Assembly (NCBI RefSeq): GCF_001194135.2
Contig: NC_068986.1
Location: 113,315,129-113,350,486 of the forward strand
Direction of reading: 5' to 3'
DNA: 35,358 nucleotides
From: Octopus bimaculoides
Taxonomy: Eukaryota
The stretch's first letter is position 1; the number at the start of each line of letters is the position of its first letter. The notes beneath the pieces are model-generated. The model worked only from the letters and a program-made list of their open reading frames with translations, searched no databases and was not told the origin of the DNA. This document shows positions 1 to 12,167 of the stretch, one piece after another. A program made the translations under genes and the position numbers.

Positions 1-37
<37 letters not shown>

Positions 38-480
38 CACGCCCGGGCACATACACACACGCAAGCATCCATATATATAGTGTACGTGTATGTTGGTATG
101 TATGTGTACATAAGTGTGCGTGTCACTGTGGCTTGAAAGTGTTGGTGGATGTGTGTGTCGGTGAAACAATCTAAATTTGAACTTCGCTCTTTTTTCCTAT
201 TTATCTCACCTATGTTTTAAACTTTCCTGTTATTTTAATTACGATATTGTAATTCAGTAAATAAATAAACGAATACATACGTAAATATACTACATACATA
301 TTACCAATAACAATTACAATAAATTAAATATACAATAATGATTTAATAAATAAAATCTCGAAAAATAAGAAAATCATCACTCATATGAATAATGAAAAAA
401 GAAGAATTGAGATTAAAAAGCAATAAGAAGAAAAATAATGTAATTAATAAAAGAAAAATATTCGAAACAATATAAAGGAA

Positions 481-632
<152 letters not shown>

Positions 633-1964
633 CTACTGTTACGTTCGTTGTTTTATTTCCTATTACTAGTTATGATGAATTCGTGGTTGAAACATTTTGA
701 TGTTGATTATTTCCGTATTATTCAATTTTTTTTTTGTATGTTTATATAGACGTTTTGGTGTAACCTAATTGCAGTCGTTACTTTATTGATTATATATTAA
801 CCCCTTTTAAGAAACGCATGTTAGGCTCCCTATACTTATATGTTTGAGTGCGTACGTATATATATATGTTTATATATAGCTTTATGTATTTATACATATA
901 TATATATACATGTGTGTATTTATACGTAGACATTTATATATATATAGATATATATATATATATATATATATGTATAAATACATAAAGATATATATAAACA
1001 TATGTATTTTTATATGTATGTATGTANNNNNNNNNNNNNNNNNNNNNNNNNNNNNNNNNNNNNNNNNNNNNNNNNNNNNNNNNNNNNNNNNNNNNNNNNN
1101 NNNNNNNNNNNNNNNNNNNNNNNNNNNNNNNNNNNNNNNNNNNNNNNNNNNNNNNNNNNNNNNNNNNNNNNNNNNNNNNNNNNNNNNNNNNNNNNNNNNN
1201 NNNNNNNNNNNNNNNNNNNNNNNNNNNNNNNNNNNNNNNNNNNNNNNNNNNNNNNNNNNNNNNNNNNNNNNNNNNNNNNNNNNNNNNNNNNNNNNNNNNN
1301 NNNNNNNNNNNNNNNNNNNNNNNNNNNNNNNNNNNNNNNNNNNNNNNNNNNNNNNNNNNNNNNNNNNNNNNNNNNNNNNNNNNNNNNNNNNNNNNNNNNN
1401 NNNNNNNNNNNNNNNNNNNNNNNNNNNNNNNNNNNNNNNNNNNNNNNNNNNNNNNNNNNNNNNNNNNTCCTTCCTCATGTCTTGTATGGCTTGGTATAAA
1501 ATTGGCCCTTTCTAATCTTGTAAGTGGAATACCGAATGTTTTAATGCACTACCTGCCTGATAAGAAATTCAGACACTTCCATGTCACCGGCGGTGAACAT
1601 AATCGACTTGGAGGGATCGTCATCAATCTCAGTCTGTTCGAATCCTCCGCACTGTCCGCAGATTGAAATGCAAACACTCTGAAATGTACGTATTGGAACT
1701 TCGGGCCCGAATGCCATGCTGTACAGCATGTCATATCCAAATTTCGGTCAGAGTGAATTGCGTTATGGTGCAGTTTTTCTCACAGATACTGCCTATCCTA
1801 CACCACTATACTGTGTAATCGACAAAATAAAAAATAATCAATGTGCATGCGTGAAATAAAAATATAAAAGAGCAGCAATTTATCCATTGCACTCTACACA
1901 TGCATATTTATAATTACGGGTGTATATATGCATATATATATATGTGTGTATGTATGTGTGTATG

Positions 1965-1996
<32 letters not shown>

Positions 1997-2059
1997 AATA
2001 TATATACATACATATATATGTGTGTGCGCGCGCGTGTGTGTGTGTGTGTGAATGTGTGT

Positions 2060-2660
2060 ATAGTTATTAAAGAGGACGTCAAACATGAAGGCAAGTCAAA
2101 TATCTCAAGTGAGATATATTATTACAGGAAGAAATTCAAAATCTTACAGTTCTATTTGCGATATCTTCGAGTATAAGATATTCCGTCATTAGAGAGAAAT
2201 TGGGGGAGAATATGCAAAATGAGAATGGTATATATCAATAAAATGACAGCATAGAGCAAGGGACATTACATTCAGGGATCTACGCAGTATTGCACCTAAG
2301 GAGTCATGTCTCTATAACTTCGGAATGTTGTACTATGAACGTTTATGCCTCATTTTCTTCTTCTTTCCCTCTCCTTATTCTTTCACTCAATTCCTCTACG
2401 ATGTCATTTTATTGGTATATACCATTTGCCTCTGATTACGGTATATCCCAGAAACAGCTGTAAGATTTTTAATTTCTTCCTGTAATAATATAGTATACGG
2501 CTTGAGACGTTTGCCTTCTTTTAATGTTTGCATCGGAAATCTGTAATGGCTCCATAACTACCGTCTCGGCTATAACCTTGGAGACCCAGTAATCTATTAC
2601 AGCATTTACGTAGCGTACCTAATCGTTTAGATTACCTGTGAACTAAACCCCCATACTTTG
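2060..2660 (-). mobile_element. Non-autonomous foldback/long-inverted-repeat DNA element, copy A (possibly Tc1/mariner-type)
   Basis: Internal inverted arms: ~2115-2165 vs ~2441-2492, and 2224-2259 vs 2391-2426 (32/36 match). Segment 2277-2660 is the reverse complement of 18316-18772. The terminus at 2660 is followed by TA. Confidence 0.75.
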
Positions 2661-2688
2661 TATGTATGTATGTATGTATGTAGGTGTG

Positions 2689-2729
<41 letters not shown>

Positions 2730-3613
2730 ACTATATATATAAACACTATATCAATATACACACACACTATATGTACATTATATATAGAACGTTATAATTT
2801 GAGGCTCAACCGAAAATTGAGTCGTCGGCGGGACTTCAGACAACAGCGTCTAATAAGGAAAGGTAATACGTATGTGTTATAAATAATCGGGTCTATTGGT
2901 GACTAAAGCTCTGATTTGGACAGCAACGAATACAAAACGAATGCGGTGTTGTATTCTTTTAGAAAGGAACGGCTATAAGTGAGTCATTAATGAACGGGTA
3001 AATGTCTATTTGAACGGAAGAATAAACAAGTAAAATATATCATTTTAAGGTATGTAATTTACAATTCAAGTGTAATTGCAGTGTTGTTAGAGTAAATAAA
3101 GGATTCAGACGTTATGAATAAAGTCTCTTATTGTTGTTTCGAGAAAATCTGTACATATGGCGCATAATTCATTGAGCAATGATGTCCAAAGGAAATCCGC
3201 ATTAACAGAAAAATTACTATTTCCGTCATCGAAGAATTATGGGCTAACCTCAGTAAAATATATTAATTGACAGTTTTTCTACGTTGATAAACTTGATAAC
3301 AAGTAATATCGTCTGTATTCCACGATGGAACCAGTCCTGGCAGCTACTAATATCTTTTACTGAAGACATTCCTCATTTCTTCCTCTCTGAAGACGGTTTA
3401 GTTAGCTTTCATATCAAAATCTTTGTTCAGGGGGATACGCACCATTTGCACTATATTCCTATCTATTCTAGAAACAGCTGTAAGGAATCTTCTGCATGAC
3501 TTCTTAATCTCTTGTTTATTCTAAAAACTTATTGAAACCTGTTTTAAAATATGAATTACAGGCTCGAAAACGATACCAGATACCGAAAACGATACCAGTC
3601 AAATATATATCTA

Positions 3614-3702
3614 TGTGTGTGTGTGTGTGTATGTGTGTGTGTGTGTGTGTGTGTGCGTGTGTGTGTATGTGTGAGTGTGTGTGTATGTGTGTGTGTGTGT
3701 GT
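3614..3702. repeat. (GT)n microsatellite
   Basis: Directly visible. Confidence 0.95.
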
Positions 3703-3709
3703 AATATTT

Positions 3710-3860
3710 TATCTCCGTCTTCCTTTTCTCATGTATCTGATGAAGTGCCTTGCTCGAAACGTAAAACTACTTTTCTTTCCTTTCTTTCCCTGAGCGTCTG
3801 CTAATACTCTGCATGTACCCCGTACTCGCGTTGTTGTTTTCTTCTTGTGTTCTTCCTCGT
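3710..3860 (+). mobile_element. Penelope-like terminal-repeat/retrozyme-like fragment carrying a minimal hammerhead motif
   Basis: CTGATGA-A-GTGC-ctt-GCTC-GAAAC-GTA at 3737-3763; family assignment inferred from known PLE-type minimal hammerheads. Confidence 0.5.
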
Positions 3861-4969
3861 ATGTATGTGTGTATATATACCTATATTTATTTTTTCAAGT
3901 ATATATACATATAAGTATATATATGTGTGCGTGTATACGCAATGCCAATCTGATTACTAGAAACTGAGTGGTACATTGCTGATTTATGAAAAGCCCTCTT
4001 CCGTCATAACTAGCAGGTAAGATCAAACGAATTCAGTTACCGCAATAAATTTCGGAGGAAAAACACACATTTACAACATTGCAACTCTGTTTGGAATTCC
4101 ACCTACTAGAAAAAACTCATCTGTGAATATATCTCGGCGTAAGAAAACTTATATATCAGAGCACCATTCAGAATCACCTCCAATTTAAACGCCGAAAATA
4201 TTTTATAATCCATCCTTAAAATCTAGATGAATCAAGAATACTTCCATCACCCTTTGCCATCCCAATCTTACACCTTGAAGTATACTTCCCGGAACTGACA
4301 TCCTCAGATGGACTGACCCAAGAAGAGGTTCAACCTTTAACAATAGAGTTAATTTAGGGAAAGCGATAATGCTGTCTCATTGTGAAAGAGAAAGTTGGAA
4401 AAAAGAAAGAATTTCAATTTCAACATTAGTGAGGCTTTGATATCTACAAGGTTAACCTATCATACACAGCATTTAGTGAATCAGAATGTGTGAAGATAAG
4501 CATAGAAATACGTACAGAGATTAGACACATAGGAAGAAAGGCTTAAGGCGAGAAAAATGTTAAATAGAACATTTCTGTTAGAAATAGAACGCAATGTTTG
4601 AAACCTATCTGAAACCTCATTATGAAAGAAATTTAGAACAAAATTTCTCTTTCATTACATTTCCTCGCTGAAAACAAAAGAATTTGTAAAAAAAATTATT
4701 GATGCAATTTTCTAACTCTTCAGAAAACTATTGAACAACCAGTAAAATGATCCATTAAAACTCTCCACCGAAGAAGCACTGACTACAGAAACAGACAGTC
4801 TACATTTCTAGAAAACATATTAGAAAGTATATTCAAGTATTATTGATTTTCGTATTAACTTATTCCAAATAAGAAACACGAATCCCACGCTCCTCTTCCT
4901 CACATACAAACTAAAATCACTAATCCAGAGCATACTCTACCTTCCACTCATTCTCCTATCTTTCTTTGT

Positions 4970-5106
4970 ATATATATATATATATCCATCCATTCATACA
5001 TACATATCTATCTATCTAGCTAACTGCCTAACACACACACATACACATATATATATATATACGTGTGTGTGTGTGTGTATACACGTACGCACGCACACAC
5101 ACATAC

Positions 5107-5156
<50 letters not shown>

Positions 5157-5294
5157 ATACATAGATACAAATATATATACGGATTGATTCATACATACAT
5201 ATATGCATGAGTATATATGTGTGTATATATATATGTATATACATATACATACATGCATGAACATATGCATGCAAGTGTGAATGTGTATTTATAC

Positions 5295-5379
<85 letters not shown>

Positions 5380-5575
5380 TATGTGTATGTGTATTCATTT
5401 TCTCATTTTCCATACGTTGCATACATATAAACATAGATTTCGTGTATGTGTGTATGCGTGTGTTTGTGCGCATGTGCGGATGTGTGTTTGCCAGTTTGTG
5501 CGTCTGTGTGTGTGTGTGTGTGCGTGCGTGCGTGTGTCGGGCTTGTGTATGTGTATGTGTATGTGTGTGTATGTG
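4970..5575. repeat. Compound (AT)n/(AC)n/(GT)n microsatellite region
   Basis: Directly visible. Confidence 0.93.
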
Positions 5576-6144
5576 ACTGCGAATGTTTATGTGTCTAAGA
5601 GTGGTTTGTCAGTCTTCATGCGAATCATTCACGTACTTATGTACATAGATAAATTGTTGATCTTAAACCTGAGTGCGAACCATTTACTTTGACAACTCCT
5701 CTCTAATAATTTAAGTTGACAGCATGACCAATATAATTGTTTACTAAAAGATTCGAATTAGAAATGAATGATAACAAAACAAAAATAGATAACACATACA
5801 TCTACATTTGATACATTTTGTCAGAATTAATAATGTCGAATATTTATAGTGTTTTTCGATATTTTTTATAGATTTTCTTGTTGTTCCTATTTCAGATATT
5901 TAAATTCAGATATTGTCTGCAAAATTTCTCTTAGATTATTCAAAATATGTTTATACTGTCCGACGATTTTTACAGCTGCTAAATAACCTTCAAGCCGTAT
6001 TTTACAATGTTGAATAACACACTAAAGAAAATTGGCGTAGACCTAGAATTGACTAAACATGCATGGTGATATTGCGTTGTAGGTTAGACTCAGTGTATGT
6101 AATTTATATGTATATATATACACGTTAACCTGCATTCATTATAT

Positions 6145-6146
<2 letters not shown>

Positions 6147-6228
<82 letters not shown>
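6147..6228. repeat. (AGAT)n tetranucleotide microsatellite
   Basis: Directly visible. Confidence 0.97.
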
Positions 6229-6611
6229 GTTTTCATTATATAAATTTGCTTAACTAACATGAATAGTTATATTAATCGATGAATTGTTGCACATGTTTTT
6301 GATAATAGGTCTTCTAACTATTGGTTGCTCAAGAGAGATACTGCAAATTCTATCACATCTCATAGTACCTGTGACACTAATCTTGTTCACACAAACATAT
6401 AACCGAAATTATTTTATTCCATTCTATTCTTATTTATCCCCAGTCTGGCCACAACGTGCTGGACACATCATCCTACGATGATGTGTCCAAGACAAAGCGA
6501 GTTTCAACAATCAAATATTATTGTGTAAATCATGTGGTCGATATCTCCAGCCTTTTGGTAGATGAAATTTGAGAAGCACAACGAAATACTCATACGCGCA
6601 AGTAGAAAAGA

Positions 6612-6730
6612 AGCCCCAGAGCTTTCAGACGCTACCTGGACAAATTCCTCCAGGAAATACCGTTTAAACTACATATACCTAGATACGTCTTAACCACCAA
6701 CAACTCTCTGCTTCGGTGGTCTATGGTGTC
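6612..6730 (+). mobile_element. CR1/L2-like LINE ORF2 C-terminal remnant
   Basis: Translates as SPRAFRRYLDKFLQEIPFKLHIPRYVLTTNNSLLRW, resembling the FK..LDKFL..IP..P..PGY....NSL C-terminal signature of CR1-group LINEs; upstream frame is closed by stops. Confidence 0.55.
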
Positions 6731-7024
6731 CCGAAATATATATATGAAAGAAGGTTTGAAAATGCAGTTTGAAAGATATTTATTCTCTTGACCGGTTTCA
6801 CTTTTTTAGAAAAAGATTGTCAAAAGTAAAATGTAAAGCTTTGTATGAGCTTTGTAGTGTTAAGCACTGGTTGTCACAAAAGTATTAAAATACAGACATA
6901 CATTTTTTAATAATAATACGAAAATGTTAAAAACAGTTTACAACAAAGTATTTAAGAAAATAATCAGAACATGAATGAAAAAGAATTGTCAGTTCAATAA
7001 AAATCATGTTTCGTTGGTAATATA

Positions 7025-7040
7025 TATCTTCACAGAAGGA

Positions 7041-7130
<90 letters not shown>
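7025..7130. repeat. (AT)n(GT)n compound microsatellite
   Basis: Directly visible. Confidence 0.95.
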
Positions 7131-7133
<3 letters not shown>

Positions 7134-7982
7134 ACCAAACAAACATGATTTTTTTTTAACTATCTTTCAATGCGCTATTGTTCAGCCATCTTTCAGCTAT
7201 GCTTAAGTCCCATTCCTTAGATCCATTTACCTACGGCATGGATTTCTCCTTGATTTTCCACTTGATGTTTATGTTTTTTATGTACGCTGTTGAATAACGG
7301 AAAATATATGCCCTTAATGTTGATTTGCTTAAGCCTGGTACGTAATGTAACGAGACCACATTATTAATACTTCTAGCTGAAGAAAATAAAGTATGCGAGT
7401 AAAATTTTCATGGTGTTTCTAGATTAGTGCCATATGTTGTGCAGATGTGTACGTGTCCCCAGCTAAAGGTTTTGTGCAGCTCATTGTACTACGTATGTGC
7501 GTTTGGATGCGCGTGTGTGTATTTTAGAAAACCTAGGTAATATAATAGAATAATATCAGGTATAACGGATAAAACAATGTTCCTGGGAGTATATGTAGGG
7601 CGTATTTTGAAACTTAAAAGCACTTTCATATATCTTTGAGGCTCTTGTGTAGACTCTCTATTTGATGTCATCAAAATATTGTAGTTGTTTCATCGAGATA
7701 ATGGTATGAGACTCGACAACATATCTTTCAATAAATCAAGATAAAGTTACAGGTTATATTTAGGTAAACGTGTGTAATGTCAATATTAATATTAACTCGT
7801 TGGTCGTGTTCCCAAAAACGTCCGGAAACAAAATATAGACTTCTCGACTGAAATTAAAATGTCCGGTTGTAAATATTTAATTTGCATGATCAATAATATA
7901 TTGGAGACTTGTTACGATAAGAGGGTTTGATATTAACAGGTTTGTAGTTTGTAAATTGTTTTAGTTATAAGACAATTATTAC

Positions 7983-8002
7983 TATTAATAATAATAATGA
8001 TG

Positions 8003-8076
<74 letters not shown>

Positions 8077-8111
8077 GATAATAATAATAATAACAACAAC
8101 AACAATAATAA

Positions 8112-8164
<53 letters not shown>

Positions 8165-8180
8165 TAAATAATAATAATAA
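7983..8180. repeat. (AAT)n microsatellite with (AAC) variants
   Basis: Directly visible; accounts for the poly-Tyr ORF. Confidence 0.97.
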
Positions 8181-8415
8181 TGGGCTACAGCAAATGATAT
8201 TCTACTGAATACCACAGATTTGCTTGTCCGTTGTTTGACCTTAACCAGTTGAGCATGTCCCTTGGTGGTTGACGATATGTGCATCGCTGATCAAGAGCAG
8301 AAGTAGTGGGGGAACATCTTAGCCAGGTGTTGAGAGGAACTCTCTAGGGTCTAAATAATTCACTTTTGGAAACATGGATGTGTTGCTCAACATCCTTAAA
8401 CAAACCTTATTCAGG
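8181..8415. mobile_element. Unclassified interspersed-repeat-like block abutting the (AAT)n array
   Basis: Abrupt change to higher-complexity, more GC-rich sequence exactly at the array edge; recalled as a cephalopod repeat but not verifiable here. Confidence 0.35.
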
Positions 8416-8872
8416 TATAAAGATGACGAATATTAGTTTCGGAATTGTCTTTATCAGCACCGGCTGACGCTGGGAGTCGAAACGGCCGTAAGAAATGTTA
8501 TGTTATGTCTTGTATCAAAAAATAATTAACCGATGTTGGTCAATTTGTCTGTTTATTGATCCACAGTTTTCTACATTTTCTGCTTATTTAAATTTGATTC
8601 CTGATAAACTTCTGCTGATATTGTAATTACCTGTACCTTATGAGCATAGTGCGCTTGCACACACATGCCTAGGGATACCATAGGTAGTAAGAACGGATAT
8701 TCTTATCCGTTAGACGGTTATTCCAAGCGCTAACTCTGCTTACCTGTAGAAAACATAAATCGGGTGAAGAAGCACACTCTAAGGGCAGTATATATTAAAA
8801 ATGGGGAAGGCCGGTTTATGGTATTACTTTATTGACGGGAAACCTAAGGTAACTCAATAAACTGGCCTTCTC

Positions 8873-8904
<32 letters not shown>

Positions 8905-10499
8905 NNNNNNNNNNNNNNNNNNNNNNNNNNNNNNNNNNNNNNNNNNNNNNNNNNNNNNNNNNNNNNNNNNNNNNNNNNNNNNNNNNNNNNNNNNNNNNNN
9001 NNNNNNNNNNNNNNNNNNNNNNNNNNNNNNNNNNNNNNNNNNNNNNNNNNNNNNNNNNNNNNNNNNNNNNNNNNNNNNNNNNNNNNNNNNNNNNNNNNNN
9101 NNNNNNNNNNNNNNNNNNNNNNNNNNNNNNNNNNNNNNNNNNNNNNNNNNNNNNNNNNNNNNNNNNNNNNNNNNNNNNNNNNNNNNNNNNNNNNNNNNNN
9201 NNNNNNNNNNNNNNNNNNNNNNNNNNNNNNNNNNNNNNNNNNNNNNNNNNNNNNNNNNNNNNNNNNNNNNNNNNNNNNNNNNNNNNNNNNNNNNNNNNNN
9301 NNNNNNNNNNNNNNNNNNNNNNNNNNNNNNNNNNNNNNNNNNNNNNNNNNNNNNNNNNNNNNNNNNNNNNNNNNNNNNNNNNNNNNNNNNNNNNNNNNNN
9401 NNNNNNNNNNNNNNNNNNNNNNNNNNNNNNNNNNNNNNNNNNNNNNNNNNNNNNNNNNNNNNNNNNNNNNNNNNNNNNNNNNNNNNNNNNNNNNNNNNNN
9501 NNNNNNNNNNNNNNNNNNNNNNNNNNNNNNNNNNNNNNNNNNNTATATATAAAAGAGAATATCTTGAATCCTATTACTAAAATGTTTCTATACAAATATC
9601 TGAAAAGGATGATACTAGATTTGGAAATTATTCAAGCGAAGAAAACAAATTCCTATGGCCAGTCAGCATGAAAACTACAGCAGTTCCATGCATTTCTTTC
9701 TATGTCACAACATATCAAATAAGTGAAGCCTTTGAAGTAGAAGATCAAAATTTGAATAAATTGATCCTATGACTGCGAAAAGGAGGCTGATGAGTGTAAA
9801 TACCAAAAACATTTTAGGAGGAAAAACATGAATTATTACATAACAGATTCATGTTAAGTTGAAGTCAATTGGTATATTTAATTCATGTTGCATATTTTAC
9901 ATTTTACTTTCAGTTTCCTTATAAATAAATAACGTAATTGTCAACGTGTGTGCAACCTTTGAAGGTTTGTTGCGAACTGAAATAACATCAGTTTTGGAAA
10001 TAAAATATTTACAAAGTTCCGCTATTAAACTGCAGCTTGATGATTAAAGTTATCTTGTTTGCATTGGAAATGAAAAGAAAAATGTTTTATTTATTACAGG
10101 TGAATAAGAAGACAGTAATAAAGATGGAGGTGTGTGTGTTTTGTATGGAATTTTTTTCTTTATTTACATTTTCAGATCTAAACCCGCTCTTATAGAACAG
10201 GAGATTCTTACGCTTGAGCTCGATGCAAACATTATGGTCATACAACCGAAAATCCACATAAGCATATATACTTGACGATACACGCCATCTTTTGTGAGGT
10301 CACGTAGACAAAAAAAGTGTTACTGATCAGAATTAGAGGCTAACGGCGAACTATAAAACAAAAACAACGGAAATTGAAAACACTTTTTTACCTTTTTGTT
10401 TTTTTATATTTCGGTGATTTGCTTTGGGAATTGCTTGGAAATAGTATCGGAAGATTTCGTCGAACAAGTCAATGCCAGTACTTATTGTCTGATTGTGGC

Positions 10500-10610
10500 T
10501 TTAGCTGAGACGCCTTGTTACCGGGACATGAATTAAACAACACCGGTTGTCAGGCATTGGGGGTGGACGAATACAAACACTCAAGGTACACACGACTACA
10601 TACATAGATA
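10500..10610 (-). mobile_element. Degenerate fragment of the repeat family seen at 35128-35315
   Basis: gttaccgggac..aacaccggttgtcaggc..ggggtggac..aaacac resembles gttacgggaaag..aacatcttttgtcaagc..ggtgcgggacaaacac at about 35247-35310. Confidence 0.4.
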
Positions 10611-10905
10611 CGCACCCATAAAAAGACAAACAGAGAGACAGACAGATAGTTAGACAGACAAACAGACAGACAAACAGCCAGACAAACAGATAGATAGACA
10701 GACAGATAGCTAGGTAGCTAGCTAGATAGATAAATAGATAGATACATACATACATACATACATACATACATACATGAATACATACATACATACATACATA
10801 TATACATACATATATACATACATATATACATACATGGATAGATAGATGCATACATAGATAGACAGAGACAGACAGACAATTAGATAGATAGATAGATAAA
10901 TAAAT
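10605..10905. repeat. Compound (AGAC)n/(AGAT)n/(ATAC)n tract
   Basis: Directly visible. Confidence 0.92.
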
Positions 10906-10924
10906 AAGTGGTAGCTTTGTCACA

Positions 10925-11060
10925 GTTTCCATCAACCAAATCCACTCACAAATTATTGGTCGGCTCAGGGCTAGAGCAGAAGGCTCTTTCCAAAGTGTCA
11001 TGCAGTGGTGCTAACCCGAATCTACGTGATTAAAACGAGTGATTCTTAACCGTTCGACAC
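10925..11060 (-). mobile_element. tRNA-derived SINE, family 1, degenerate
   Basis: Reverse complement resembles 17408-17566 (ccaaatccactcacaa..ttggtcggc..ggctagag-agaag). Confidence 0.65.
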
Positions 11061-11712
11061 AAAGTTTGAGCCTAAGCACGTCGATTATTTATTAGAGTAA
11101 AACAATTAAAGCATCAACAGGAATAGGTAGCTTGTAAAAAAATAAATAAATAGAGGTAACTCAGACGTACTTAGCAGAGATACTGTAAGCCTGATGTTTG
11201 TTAGTAATTGAAAACAACGATCTATATCCCGGTGCAACATGGTACCAAGGGAGACCCTATGTTTTGATGCAAACATGCATGTTTACAAAATGCTCAGGCC
11301 AAATATAACTATTTCTTTTAATATACGAAATTTTAATAAAATATATCGTATTGAGTATTATATGGTATTGTACTGGGAGTTGTAGATATCATCAACAAAA
11401 TTATTATATGATTATGGTATCATTTATTGTATGCTATTGTAATAAATACGAACGCAAATAAACATATACCCATATAGATATGTAAACGTATATATATATA
11501 TATGTAAAACGCAATGCATAAATGCATGCTTCCATCCATTGAAACATACATACACACACAAATACACAAACATATATATATGTATTCATGTTTCGGTTTA
11601 GGTGTGTAAGCGTATACACACACACACATATATACATATATATATATATACATATATATGTATATACAAATATATATGTATATATATATATGTATGTATA
11701 TATGTATGTATG

Positions 11713-11747
<35 letters not shown>

Positions 11748-12113
11748 NNNNNNNNNNNNNNNNNNNNNNNNNNNNNNNNNNNNNNNNNNNNNNNNNNNNN
11801 NNNNNNNNNNNNNNNNNNNNNNNNNNNNNNNNNNNNNNNNNNNNNNNNNNNNNNNNNNNNNNNNNNNNNNNNNNNNNNNNNNNNNNNNNNNNNNNNNNNN
11901 NNNNNNNNNNNNNNNNNNNNNNNNNNNNNNNNNNNNNNNNNNNNNNNNNNNNNNNNNNNNNNNNNNNNNNNNNNNNNNNNNNNNNNNNNNNNNNNNNNNN
12001 NNNNNNNNNNNNNNNNNNNNNNNNNNNNNNNNNNNNNNNNNNNNNNNNNNNNNNNNNNNNNNNNNNNNNNNNNNNNNNNNNNNNNNNNNNNNNNNNNNNN
12101 NNNNNNNNNNNNN

Positions 12114-12167
<54 letters not shown>

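Noticed and set aside
1541-1729. Minus-strand ORF with SVCISICGQCGG, resembling a CXC-type transposase tail
   Set aside because: Only a short Cys motif next to a gap; no other conserved residues.
2115-2492. A 375-bp MITE defined by ~50-bp TIRs and TA flanks
   Set aside because: Homology with copy B extends beyond both apparent ends (to 2660 and about 2060), so these are internal arms of a larger element.
3950-4950. Complex-sequence block that looks like decayed coding DNA
   Set aside because: The frames I translated contain frequent stops and no recognisable domain.
8464-8490. CTGACGC...GAAACGGCCGTA with a palindromic helix-III-like segment
   Set aside because: A9 is missing, and neither stem I nor stem II can form.
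9787-9810. CTGATGAG hammerhead-like start
   Set aside because: No GAAA or supporting stems follow.
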